A DNA stretch of 64,000 nucleotides, from assembly GCF_001194135.2 (NCBI RefSeq), contig NC_068984.1, forward strand, positions 37,624,477 through 37,688,476, written 5' to 3'. The number at the start of each line of letters is the position of its first letter. Positions within the stretch are counted from its first letter, which is position 1. A program made the position numbers and the translations under genes. Source of the stretch: Octopus bimaculoides (taxonomy: Eukaryota). The notes beneath the pieces are model-generated. The model did not search any database. It had not been told where the DNA came from and was given only the letters and a program-made list of their open reading frames with translations. Shown here piece after piece: positions 38,165 to 52,032 of this stretch.

Positions 38165-38430
38165 TTATGTGTTTCAGCCAAGTGGCTGCGGTCATGCTGG
38201 TGCACCACCGTGATTTTCACGTTCCTTGCATGGCTCTTCTCCCCCACCTGACATGGTCCAATCAAGAGTTTTGATGGCACATTTGGTGTATAAGAGAATT
38301 TGACACAGCTGCCCTAAACTGCGTCTCATTACGAGCCATTGGTTCGTCTGGTATCGTGGAGAGGAAAGCGTCAAGTTTTGTCTTGAAGACCTCTGCATCC
38401 ATGTCTTGCATGTTTAACAGCGGTCCTTCC
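38165..38430 (-). mobile_element. 3' end of a CR1/L2-group-like LINE
   Basis: Minus strand EGPLLNMQDMDAEVFKTKLDAFLSTIPDEP...AAVSNSLIHQ*, then a 3' UTR ending GGTGCACCAGCATGACCGCAGCC...GAAACAC and a (TAAA)n tail. Confidence 0.75.
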
Positions 38431-39061
38431 TATATATAGATGCTTGTATATAATCTATATATATCGTATGTATATGTGTGTGTGCATGCATGTATATACA
38501 CACTGCACTTATATGAAAATATATAGAGATTTCCTCCATACATATATAGAGACATACATATACAAATATATATATACTTGTGTATATGCATGTATATATA
38601 TATATATATATATATATATNNNNNNNNNNNNNNNNNNNNNNNNNNNNNNNNNNNNNNNNNNNNNNNNNNNNNNNNNNNNNNNNNNNNNNNNNNNNNNNNN
38701 NNNNNNNNNNNNNNNNNNNNNNNNNNNNNNNNNNNNNNNNNNNNNNNNNNNNNNNNNNNNNNNNNNNNNNNNNNNNNNNNNNNNNNNNNNNNNNNNNNNN
38801 NNNNNNNNNNNNNNNNNNNNNNNNNNNNNNNNNNNNNNNNNNNNNNNNNNNNNNNNNNNNNNNNNNNNNNNNNNNNNNNNNNNNNNNNNNNNNNNNNNNN
38901 NNNNNNNNNNNNNNNNNNNNNNNNNNNNNNNNNNNNNNNNNNNNNNNNNNNNNNNNNNNNNNNNNNNNNNNNNNNNNNNNNNNNNNNNNNNNNNNNNNNN
39001 NNNNNNNNNNNNNNNNNNNNNNNNNNNNNNNNNNNNNNNNNNNNNNNNNNNNNNNNNNNNN

Positions 39062-39125
<64 letters not shown>

Positions 39126-41149
39126 GCATACATACATACATAAATACATACTTGTTGAGATGGCAATATTGATATATCTTATTCGTTTCAAACAACCACT
39201 TACTTTCCTTTTTAATTTAAAACCGTGCCTTCAATTACACGGACCACTAGCTAGGAGTGATGGCACTGAACGAAGAAATCTAATCAAAGACAACAGAAAC
39301 TTCAATTTGCAAAGAACGGATTCGCGAAAAACTATTACACTGCGAAAAGAAAAGAAATGGTTAAAAGGGAAAAAATCGATAGGACAAGTTTAGAAATAAG
39401 TCGAGAGGCCTAATATATTATTTATTATACACTCTCTTATATTGGAACAAATAAATTTCGTTAATTTCGCTGGCAAGTCAAGAATTACAAATTTTGAAAT
39501 ATTATTTGTTTACCGAAGAACAATGTCTTACAAAACAATTTTTGGCAATCGTTTTGTACTATATTGTCATATGATCTATTCTGCTTTGTTAATATCTCTA
39601 AGAGTTTGGCCTTTGTCAATGTATAAAGAAAATAATAGCCGAGAAATTTAAACCAAGAACAGAAATTAATTTGTTTTCCATTTATATTCTGGTAAGAATA
39701 TTTTACGAGGCAAAATTTGCTAATATCTGGTATACCATATTGACATGTGATCTATACTTTTGTTATTGTATAAACTTTCGTTTCTTTCCTTACTTGTGTC
39801 AGGTGCTGCTGAGTAAAAATGTAAGTAATGCATGAGATTTTTTTCATCTTTCGTCAAAAGACAAAAGAAAGAATTTAATATTTGTTTGTGTTTATTTTTA
39901 TGGATAGTGTTTGCTGCATATCGTCATTTATTATACTTTACGTTTTGCCTAAAGACTTTGTTCCTCTGTATATTCCTGAATGTCGTTGAAGAAGTATAAT
40001 TAATTGGAACTACGAATACAAAGTTAATCAATAGCATAGATTTCGTGTCCGTGGGCCGATCATTAGTTAACATATGGTTGCAGCTCTCGTGTCTCGAGCA
40101 ACTGGTAACGATCAACTTTCTCGAATTGTATTATTTCCCTTTTTCCGTTTTACTCCAAGTAAAATAAAAATGTATGTTATTTCTCCATCAAGATAATAGT
40201 GAAAACAACATCTAAAAGGACTGCGATACTTCATAAACATGTAAGAAATCAAATATATATAACCACAGAGAAAACAGATTTCTGTTGAAAATGTGAATGA
40301 ATAGCAAAAAGAGAGATTTCTGCTTTGTCAAACAGGGAGAATAATCAGTGAATAAAAACAGAAAAAATCAGGTATAGACATTTAAGAGTAGTAATTGAAT
40401 GACTTATTGGGTCGTAGAGGCACAACAGAAGAATTTGAATTTATGTGTCTTGAGCATAACATAGTGGAGCCCGTCTAAACTAGATCCCTGTATGTAATCC
40501 ACTGCTTAAAGACAAAATCTTTGCCGTGCAACTTCTTGGAGCATCTCGTTTCCCTCTTCTTGTGGTAACTAATACCGAAAGATTTGCCATTTGTAAGTGT
40601 ATTGTAAGTGCGTTGGTCCCACACACAACTACACAGTACTGGTTGCAAAATAAGAACCGCTGGCTGCTCCGTTAGTTGTCTGCTACTCTAACCAATTAAC
40701 TACCCGTGTTCTCGAGTGTTAAAGCAAGCAGGTTCATTAATATGAGAAATATTAAGTTTGTGCAGGTGAAAAGAAGCTAGTTTATAGACATAAAAGGAAG
40801 TTAATTTATCGACATGGATGGTGGCTATTTTTTGTCAACAAAGAAGAAAGTCATTTTGTAAGCATAGAAGGATATCAAGTTGATAAAAATGGAAGGAAGC
40901 AAGTTCATGAATATGTGACTAAACCAATTTATAAAACTTGGAAGGAAGTTATTTTTATAAACATGAAAGAGTTATTTATAAGCATCGACGAAAACTACTT
41001 TATATTCATGGCAAGAACTTGCTTTTGAAATATAGAAAATGTGAAATATAAGACTTGAGACTTAGCTGTAGTAGTATTCGCTTTTTATTACACTGTTTGC
41101 TTAGTAATTGGTCCTATTTTCTATGTATGTCCATAAGGTCCTTTTTCTT

Positions 41150-43170
41150 ATATCGAGTTACTCAGTATTTCTTTATGGTGTACTCATGACCTGCTCAGGC
41201 CCTTCAAAACGGATCAAATTGCTGCGACTGATGTTGAGTTTGAACAGTTGGAAATTGACAACTATAGAGCTAGAAGAGAATTCCAGAGGTCTAAGAATGG
41301 AGAAGAATGATTGAACAAAGTGGTTAGTGAGGGGTATGGAAAGGCTGACGCAGAATGAGTGACCGGACGAGATAAGATGAGCGTTGTAGATGGAATTAGA
41401 TGAAAGGACTATGCTGCAAGCTCTTAGAATTAGATGCCTCTGTGGAGATTGTAGTAAAGGAAGTGACGAAAAGTGCTCCTCTGAAATAAATGTTGGTGTA
41501 TGTTGGTGAGTGAATCAGGTAGACTTGTTTTGAATGAAATCTAAAATATGTTTGTATGAAACAGTAGTGACGTCCCAGTATTCCATTGTAATAATATTTG
41601 GGCTTTGTAGCGAATCGGTAGTTGTTCGAACCGGAAGTATTTTCTGGCCCTGAAGACCCGCACTAGACTTTGGAACACAGCTTTTGCGACGTCATGAATG
41701 TGTAATTATCATGAGAGATACTCAATGATTTTCAAGCGAGTATTTGTAGCACTTATATAAGACTTCCTTATGTATTTTTCATGAGTAGACAAGATTAAAT
41801 AAAATATTGTTTCTTTAACATATGCAATGGCTATGTATTCTTGTGCTGTTGAAGGAACGAGTTTAACCTTAGGCTCATCTAGAAATCAAGTTTTCGATGT
41901 TTGCATTCATATTGGCATCGAAAAGAAATATGTTTTTAATATCTTGGGTCATGAAGGCAGCATAGACTATAGTACTGGTAGTTGGTGAGCAGAGAGAGAA
42001 ACTCAAGGTGTTGGAAAAAAGGATTGTTAACAACAGTTTGCATAAGTTATTGGAAGTGGGGGGTTATAAGATTGCGTTTCTTGATGGTGGTACACACCAT
42101 AGCTTCTTTCTAAAAATAACAATAGATTGCAGCAAAAAGAGAAAAGTTAAGAGTTTGGGAAGCCTATCAACAATATGAGACTCGCCGTTTTAGAGGAACG
42201 AAAGTGACATGACCTGATATGTTTGAATTGTTCAAATATTTTTGCAGGCTTTCATTGTTGAAGAATGGTAAGTAGGATGAGCTCTCAATATTTATGTTGA
42301 TCATTTTAGAAAACACCTGAAGGACTAGCTACAGGGTAGGATGTAGAAAGAGCGAGGAACGACGGTTTCTTTAGTTTTTACGAATGTTACCCGGAGATGA
42401 TGCCGGCCTTCATGACATAGCGATTAGGTTATTGGACTCACTATCGTAAGGTTATGGATTCGATTCCTGAAGCTGACGGAATGTTGGGGAGCCACTTCAT
42501 TTTACGTGGCTCTTGTCCAGTCACCTGAAAAGGAGCCACGTCTACTGCAGAAAGCTCCTCGCAGTTTCTAAATATATACAAAATCTCTAAATGCAAGATG
42601 TCAGCTTCCCTTAATGGTTACGACAGAAAAGATGATGGGATTTGCATGAGCTGTGGATCTAGATGTATTTTTAGCCTGTACTATTGCAGGGTGACATGTA
42701 AATCATTTGGCTTACACCTAAAGACGCTGGGTCATTTGTGGTTATGAACTTTGGTTGCGTGAGGGATGTGCAGCGACAAATTTAAAAAGATAGTTTCAGT
42801 TAGCTGCTCGGCTGAAGTAGAGATATATATTGATACAGAAGCGGCAATAATCAAAATTGTTGGTGGTTGGGGTCTTGAAGAACGACAGAGGCAGCAGATA
42901 AATTTAGAGGATTGAAGAAGGAAGATTTAGTACCATAATAATTGGGATTCCTTGCTGATGATTTCCTGAATGAAATTGTAGCGTAATGGTAGTGTGGATT
43001 CTACGACTGAAGTTTCAATATAGATTGTAACTTGGGACAGCAGAATGAGTTATAAAATAATAGATAAGATAATAATTTCGGAAGGAAAAGTATCTGTGAT
43101 CTGCGTGTAAAGTAATGGATGACGGCTGGAGTGCAAGCCGGACTAGAGTTCACGAATGTTCATCAATCTG
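41150..43170 (-). mobile_element. Heavily decayed CR1-group LINE ORF2 (APE plus RT), interrupted by a SINE relic at ~42412-42525
   Basis: MNIREL.S.L...ILFL (APE start, ~43150), FICCLCRS, VHNHK*, VAKAVFQSL.RVFRARKYF..EQL..RYKAQI and LWNSL...FQLFKLNISR (C-terminus, ~41200). Confidence 0.7.
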
Positions 43171-45289
43171 TCACAAATTGCCATGTTTTCTCAGGTGTTT
43201 TGCCAGTACTTTTCAGTAGGGCAATAAGTACATTTTACTTTCGTCATTTCCTTAAATCGGTGCATTTTGGTAAGAGTTTTGGTGAAATTCTCACCTCTTA
43301 GAACCCTTACTAAGCACTTCAATCAGTCTTTACAGCAGAGTAGAAATATACAATAGAGAAAAAATATTCTGTCCAAGGACATACTTATGTGTTTTTGACA
43401 GAAACTGCTAACTTCTCAGTCTGTGATGCTATCATTTAGCCGTAGCTCATCGTCATTCGGTCAGACCTATAACAATGAATTATAGCAGTAAACATCTTGC
43501 TTTGAGTTAAATTTTTGTCAAACAAAATATTTTATATCTATATTCAATGAACTTTTTTAAATAATAGGATTTGACTTGAGAGAGATTTGGTGGCTATTTT
43601 TAGCAGATTAAACGATCACGAAGAGAGTCTCTCGTCGTATTAGTCTGTCAAAAGCTCGGTGAAATGAAGCAGATTCTAAATACTCCAAATCGGACTTGGT
43701 GCTGTGGTTGTAATTGAATATATTCTGCACAAGAGCCTCATTCCTGGAACAAGCCATTGCCGAATGACATTCACGTGTTTTCAGCTGTTGTTCACTTCGT
43801 TACTAATTACCTAAGGCTCGAGATCTACCCACAACTCATGCTTAAAGATCCACTGAGTAATTCCTCGGTTTCTAATCGTAATTTGTGTCTTTGTTTATAA
43901 CTCTTTGACTTCTGGTTGTAAGTAGTATCCTTGCTTATGAAATGAGTCTTCTGGTGACAGAAACACGGCAGAGATCTTAATAACTACAGTCAAGCGATCA
44001 TTTGCTAAATTTCAGTATCTTATTAATTTGCACAGCTTCGGCTTCAGAAACATTGGTTTGAACTAGCGGAATACCTCGTTTTTTTTTTTNNNNNNNNNNN
44101 NNGGGGGGGGGGTTTGTCATAATATAAACATTTTTTTTCATGTTACTAACCACTCTCGGAGTCTAAGTGGCAATAGCAACCTCGAAAACAGTCACTTCTT
44201 ATATGCAATAGATACATCATTTTGCGGATATTTAGTTATCCTGGATATTTAGTTACCCTGTGTTCATGTATTTAATATAACCCTTGATACAGGAAACCTA
44301 AACACAGAAAACCTTTGATGTAGATCTATGAGGAGAAAATTTCTTTATCTACATAGTCGTATATTTCAAGGTTGGCCCCCACCCCGGAAATATTGCACTT
44401 CACACCATTGCACCAGTGTTTGATGCACTTCTAAAAGAAAACTATTTTGTTCTTTGTAGCAATATCTAAAACCCCAAATTCTCTCACTTAAACACAAATG
44501 TGTTACTAGGTTCTAAACGAGTAGAATGACGATTCTTCTTTTGTCAACAGGCTGTACAAATACTATGTCGGTGTTCGCCATACAATTTTCAGAATATCTT
44601 AACAGTGCCTTTAGACTTCACTTTTATAAGTTTCGTCTATGGTGTAGGTATTAACGGTGTAAATGAAACAGCTATGATTCATTTGAATTGGAAATGGCCT
44701 GAAGATTTAAGTCTCTGAAGAATTATTGCTATCTCATGTCAATTACAAATAATGATCTTTTTGCGTTCTTGCCTTGATGTAACTCTCCAATCTCATGAAA
44801 TCACTTTTATTCTGCTATTTTGTGAATATGTCAGCTCATCTTTACACCAAAAATTGTCTTGATAGAAAATACATTCAACATTGGTTATATCATAATCTAT
44901 TCCAATTGGCATGTGGTATTTCATGTTGCTGAGTTTCTTGTTTCGTGATAATAATATCTTTTGCTGAGACATCCAAACAGCTTACAATTTATTTGCATTG
45001 TTACATGTAAATAACGATATCTAAAGATAGTTTAGGTTTAACGCATCTATAAGAACAGAATACACGAAAAGCATTTGGATTCGAAAACATATATCACCAA
45101 GTTTATAGATTTAATCACATCTAATCATACTTTAAAGAAACAGTGATATCCGCCTCTTGAAGCAGCTAAACTATCTGAATATGCTTTCGATACAGTTTCA
45201 AAATCAACAATAGCACAAGTAACGAGATTCTTCTTTGCTCTATAAATTTATGTGAACAAATATTTAATAGACTTTGACCATAATTTTCG

Positions 45290-45495
45290 GCTCTCACACC
45301 CTTAATCCAGTGAAACATCAAGGACGTGACAACTAGGAAGAGTGAGCGCTGCACAAACTCTCGGTTTGTTACTCATTTTCAACTGAATAGGTATGAAATA
45401 AAGTGCTTTGCCTAAAGACATAACGTGCCTCTCGATCCAGGAATTGAACCCATTACTATATAAACGTTATTCCAATACCCTAACTATTAGACCAG
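45290..45495 (-). mobile_element. Decayed tRNA-derived SINE
   Basis: GGAATTGAACCC (reverse-complement B box) and GTGCTTTGCCTAAAGACA. Confidence 0.6.
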
Positions 45496-46478
45496 CGACT
45501 AAAACAATTAATTAAAGCGCAGAACATACTACCAAGTCGTGCTCTCTTGTGAGTGACGGCTATGGTTATATATCCATTCCCTGTGTCAGTAAATGACCCA
45601 GGGAATGGATACAATATAAATTCCGAAGGAAGATAGAAGTGAGCTGGTTGGTCTGAGTGTAACTCGTACATTACATAATGTAAACCCAAAGAAATAATGT
45701 TTGAAACGTAAAAGGAATTATCACGGTTGGAACTAATTTGATCATGGATCTGCTGATTTTGGACTAAACAACATCAACAAATAGGTGAGGGAGCCCCTAC
45801 GGTGTGACTCAATCTTCTAGGAGTAGCAGCAAAATCTTCCTCCAGTCATTCCCTGTCTCTTAAATAAAGAAAGAATACCGTAGACATACACTTAAAAAGA
45901 CGGTATAGTCACGGCTGGAATGCTTTCGATCATGTCTGCACGGTCAGACTTAAAGAACAATACTTATTGAAGCTGTGTTCAACAGCAACAGATTTTCATA
46001 TTAAGGAGACATTTATATTTTCTAAATATATTTTATCAAACATGTCTAGTCTTCTGTTTATTTCGATAGAAACTGAACTCAAGGCATTGTATCACTTTCG
46101 GAGAGGATAAAACGTACTGTTGTCGCTGTTGCTGCTGCTGCTGCTACTGCACAGACGAGTGATAAATGTAAATAACAAATGTAAATTAGGGGAGTTCCTA
46201 GTGGGTGAACCAGTTTCGATACTTCGTGTAGTGGCTATTGCATTACACTTCTACACACAATCTCTATTCGTTTCGTTTCATTTCATTTCATTTCCTTTGT
46301 CCATTTCCATTTCATTTAACAAATATACCCCCTGAGAAATACGGCAATATCGCATAGTCTCATATAAATTTTCAACATTATGCCTATGAAAGAAATCGAT
46401 GCTGCAAAAACACCAGCTGCCTGTGAAATAGATATTTTACAATACTCTGAAAAATGTGTGTGTATGTGTGTGTGCGTG

Positions 46479-46569
<91 letters not shown>

Positions 46570-48677
46570 TTGTGTACGTGAGTGAGTGAGTGAGTGAGTG
46601 AGTGGGATGGCCGTTAATAATGTGTTCTTAATAGCTAAAAAAAAAACAAACATAAACTATAGAAAGGACTCAATATATGAAGAAGAGGTCAAATATTCAT
46701 CTATTTTGAAAAGTTGACTGACTCTGAATTTTCGCGGGGACTTGTATATCAAAAGGTATGTGTAATAAAATGTAACGTACATGTATATAAGTGTGTATGT
46801 GTATACTTGATTTGTGGCGGATAGAAGCACTTGATTTAAGATGAGTAGAGTTGCTGTACCTGTCGGTGAGAGGTTCAACATATATTCTACTATGTCACTG
46901 ATAGAAATGCATAAGTTTAATCGCCATCTCTGTCAAAAGACGGTAAAACTTGCATACGTATTCATTACGTAACTCTAACAGAATGTCTTACACTTCGCTA
47001 TTTTCATGCATTTGGTCACTCAAGAATCCCAACACGCCTTTCAATATTAACTGAAACATTATTTCATACGCTCAGCCATACAATCTTAACAAAAACAAAC
47101 TCTACCAACTTTGTATCTTAAGATCATTTGAATTTTTTTTTTTTTTTCAAAACTCTGTTTAATTGAACAAACACTCGAAGAAAATCTCGCACTGTAAAAA
47201 CACTTTCCAGGGGTTTAATTAAGTCCACATTCCCATTACATTCCTAAACCCTATCCCAATAAATTCCTAGATATCACAACATTGGCTATTTTCCAGTATC
47301 TTTACTCTAGAATTCAAACATAGCTAGTATCATTACATCTATGTTTAAAATGGAATGGACAATTAGAAATTAATCTTCGTATATAGAGAGCAAACGTCGT
47401 TTGAATTTGTGCTGTATATTATATAAAAGTGAAATTTCAATCATTTTGTTTCGAGACATGATTTCAACGAAAGGTTTAAGCTGTTGGACCGTTGTAGGAA
47501 TCTTTCAAAATATTTTCTAAGCATGTTGGCGAAGCGAATGATTTCAGGACTATTCCGAACATTTAGATAAATACGAATCTTAAAACCACCTTTTTTGAAG
47601 ATTTAGGAGTTTGAAGACAAAAGTGTTGAGATGTTTCCCTTTCTCTGATTTTTTTTTTTTTTTTTTTTTTTTGCACGTATAAAATTATAATTCATATATA
47701 TTTTTATCAATGAGTATATATATTCTCGTTTTCTTTTCTTTCCTAAGCCAATTACGATAGTTAGTTTATTGGTTATCACTGTAAATTTAATTACGAATAA
47801 ATTTTGATCTCCCCCCCCCCCCATCTGATGAATGACAATTTTATGTAAGAAAAGAGTCTACTCAGCTATCCAATTCTCTACGAAATGTATCCCCTAATAT
47901 TAGCAAATACATATCCTGCTATCTATAGATGAATTTACGTTCATCAGCTCTTCTCATTATAATTACTTTCGCATTTGCAGCTTTATCGCTAAATACACAA
48001 CCCGTTCTAACGTTTCTAATAGTAAAAATACACCAATAGTTATTTTTATGGCAAAATCCAGTTTTCGTTTTTAACTTGCAAAGAAATATTGCCATTGATT
48101 TACTAAAGATAGTTTATTTTTATAGATATTATAATATTTTTAGCGGAAATTGATCATTTTTGCTCGAATTTCCGCTGTAGGTTATGCCCAAGTGAAAAAC
48201 TATTCCTTTTCTTCTAAAATATTCATAGCTAAACGAAATGTCTGAGCGATCGTAAACACGATCCAAAACACTTTCCAACAATGTACTTTCAAAACTGATA
48301 ACCTCAGGAATATCTCGAATACTTAAGAAAATAAGAGCCCTGTTTATTTTTGGAGATTTCTAGGTTTTATAAGACATCTAAATATTTCAAGTTATTTCCT
48401 TTGCAAAGTTGGATTTTTTATGCATGCGGAATCATGATTTATATTTCTATATATTTTTGTACTTATATAGGCTTTTCATACCTTACATCCTTATTTTCAC
48501 TTCTCTTATTCACTATCTCCTTCATTTCATCCATTATAGTCTGATGATCGCAGAAAAGAAACTCGGAGGACTGATTTGTAAAACTTCAGTTTCCAATACA
48601 TTCTATAAATTATTATATAATTCCACTTGCAGTATTAAGCGCACACTTTACATTTTACTCATACTTAGTTGCTTATA

Positions 48678-48756
<79 letters not shown>

Positions 48757-48927
48757 ATATATATGTATATATTTACATGCATATATACAGACAGACAGAC
48801 AGACAGATAGACAGACAGATAGATAGATTAAGCATGCAAACACACGTATGCATACACAAGCACTCACGCACACACACAAACACAGATACACAGAGGTGTC
48901 TGTATGTGTGTGTGTCTGTGTGTCTGT

Positions 48928-49028
<101 letters not shown>

Positions 49029-49649
49029 TGAGTAAATATATGAAATGATAGAGAGACATATTCAAACTGTCAGCAATTTGTTTTTATTATAAGTAATATT
49101 ACCTTTCGTATATACTGCACTGCACTAATTCAACATCAAATATACGACTAGTTAAGATTTTTTATGTACAATGTAATAGAAATTATGCTTATTTTCCGTT
49201 TTCAAAAACCAGTAAAAATACACATAACCAGAGCAATAACAATAGAGCTTAACTTACAATAATAACATATGATAAAGCTTTTTAACATAATCACGAAGAC
49301 TATATTTTTAGTTGGTGTTTTCGATTAAATAATTGACAGTTCGTGACTGATACTTGTCTTATCGATCCCAGGAATGGCGAAAGGCTACACTACCCTGACA
49401 CAAATTAAGCCTAGAATGTAAAATGAGAACAACTAAGTATAAGAATGCATTTTCATCAATCCTCTATCGATGCAGTTTATGCCGAAGCCCTTTTAATGAT
49501 ATTTAGCAATATACATACAGTAAAAAGCCTAATAATACCCTATTATTGTAAAATGATTGCATTGACATACAAATAGACGTTCCATACATATACAGTAGAG
49601 CTATCGCTAAAAGAGAACGGTGTTTAGTTTTATCAGATAACTGAAAGAA

Positions 49650-49770
49650 ACAGCTTCCAAACCATTTGCTTTTTGCTGAGTTCGGGAGAAAATACTTGCC
49701 CGGAGTTCCGTGAAACGGGACTGAACCCAGATGCACGTGGTTGTGAAACAATGCCACCGTTCAAGCAGGC
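49650..49770 (-). mobile_element. Decayed SINE head (family of 2443-3020)
   Basis: ACTTGCCCGGAG...GGGACTGAACCC...CACGTGGTTG. Confidence 0.6.
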
Positions 49771-49966
49771 ACACACATAGAAACACAAATATTCATACAG
49801 GACAGTAAACGCCATAAGTAGAAAATATCAGATATTAACCTATAACAGGGACAGTTTATATATTTCATATATCTTATAGAGCTTTCTGATAATTTTACAT
49901 TGAAGTTTTTCATATGATTTATATTTCTTTTCAGACGTTAAATTACAAAAGGCATGTTTTATAAGA

Positions 49967-50003
<37 letters not shown>

Positions 50004-50474
50004 NNNNNNNNNNNNNNNNNNNNNNNNNNNNNNNNNNNNNNNNNNNNNNNNNNNNNNNNNNNNNNNNNNNNNNNNNNNNNNNNNNNNNNNNNNNNNNNNN
50101 NNNNNNNNNNNNNNNNNNNNNNNNNNNNNNNNNNNNNNNNNNNNNNNNNNNNNNNNNNNNNNNNNNNNNNNNNATATATATATATTTAGATACACACATA
50201 TGCATATATATATATATATATATGCATATATATGTGTATACACACACCCCTATGTATACATAAGAGCGTATGTATACATCATTTATTAATACACTCACAC
50301 ATAAATTTATATATGCATGTATGTATATGCATATATATTCATATATTCATACCTGCACATATATGCTTAAATATATGTGTATATATATGTGTGTGTACAT
50401 ATATGTACTCTCTCTATTTCTCTATCTCTCTCTCTATTTCTCTATCTCTCTCTCTCACGCACACGCACATGTAT

Positions 50475-50544
<70 letters not shown>

Positions 50545-51689
50545 ACATACTTTATCACCCTACATTATAATGTGTTTGCTTTGTATGAATAGTTTTCAAG
50601 TAGATTAAAGATACCCAAGTCATTCAACAATAACAGAAAGCACGGAAACACACCACACATTACTCATATACTTATATGTACACACATGTGTGTTCGTGTG
50701 TGCGTGTGCGTATTGTGTGTTTGTGTGTATGAAAGAGAGGGGAGAAAGAGAGAGCGTGTATATGTGTAGACGCACACAGAGAAACGACACACACGACAAA
50801 TACTCTCCCACACTCACACAAACTACACAAATACACAGAATCGCACACAAGGAAGGCAGGCACCCGAAAGAAAATTTATTTGCTGAGAATCGTTTCGGAG
50901 CCCCCGATAGAAATATGTTCAACGAAATAGATTCTAGATAAGGACTAGTTTTAGAGAGATTGGTGAGATATGGGTTATAATGTCACTGCTGATAGAATGA
51001 ACGAAAGAAGAAGAAGAAAATAAAAAAAATATAATAACCTACCAAACATTCAGCTTGTATTAGGAAACAAATATTTCATTTTCGCCTGATTTTCCAAGTG
51101 GGAGACCGCTAATGTAATATTCGTGCTTTGTTTGTCAAAGTCAGTTCTTAGGCAGGAGTGCTGGCATATATTTTCTCGCTTACACTAGAATAGAAAGGCC
51201 CAGATGAGGGTAATCATATATGTGTGTGTGTACGAATATATATATAAATATAGATAGAGAGAGAGAGAGGGGGGGAGAGGGAGATTTGTTTGTGCATATA
51301 TATACATGTATGTACGTGTGTATGTGTGCATCTATCTATCTCTCAATCTATCTCTTTAGGATTAGTTTTAAGGATGTTTTTGTATTTTCTTTGGTTTTTA
51401 TTTTTCTTTGCTTTTTTTGTCTGTTTATATTGGGGGCATTTTTGTGCAATTCAAATCGGTCAGTAACAAAGTGCCAAGGCTCTTTTATCTAAGTCATGTC
51501 AGTTCTTGGGGTTTTTGGCTACCTGGAACGGTTGATCTATGTATGCATATGTGCGTGATGTATATATGCATGTCACAATAGAACACAAGTGTATGTTTCA
51601 TTACTTCTGTGTGTGCGCGTTCATATGTATTCCATTATGCATGTGTGATTGTGTACATATATTTACCGAGAAAACTGGAATGAATAATC

Positions 51690-52032
51690 CTTGAAATGTT
51701 TTACAAATTTTCACTGTTTCTTAGATCGATTTATCTGGAAAATGCGAATTAGTCTGCTCTCTTCTGTTTTGGAGAACCAAGCATTTCCAGGTTTCTATGC
51801 AGCTCTGTTGTTATGTAACCCAATGTGCCTATGATAATAAGAGAAATTTAAATCTATAGCTTGTTTATAAGAGCTGTAGATTTCTCATCAGAACATAAAC
51901 TGTTCTTCTTTTACCCAGTTTTTGAGCAGACATGTATATCCGCTGGATAACTAATCTCAAAAATGGTGCACACCTTTAGCTCCTTGTCTTATACAACTAT
52001 ATCTAGCCTGTTGTTCCCACACAGGGCTGCAT
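51690..52032 (-). mobile_element. R4/Dong-like LINE 3' fragment (RLE domain)
   Basis: CGNNRLDIVV*DKELKVCTIFEISYPAD...LMRNLQLL...IIIGTLGYI...NLEMLG...TVKICKTF; homologous to ~34200-34400. Confidence 0.8.

Noticed and set aside
37926-38430. 19-bp direct repeat GTTTAACAGCGGTCCTTCC (37926-37944 and 38412-38430) as a target-site duplication
   Set aside because: The left copy is not adjacent to the LINE tail and the sequence itself encodes the LINE GP.L.N motif; more likely a second LINE scrap.
40450-40720. Possible further APE endonuclease fragment (VVVCG.NA...EEGNEM) on the minus strand
   Set aside because: Similarity is too weak to call without a database search.
48541-48565. CTGATGA..GAAAC motif (similar CTGATGA hits at ~7858, ~27110, ~47826 and ~53690)
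   Set aside because: No pairing for stems I-III.
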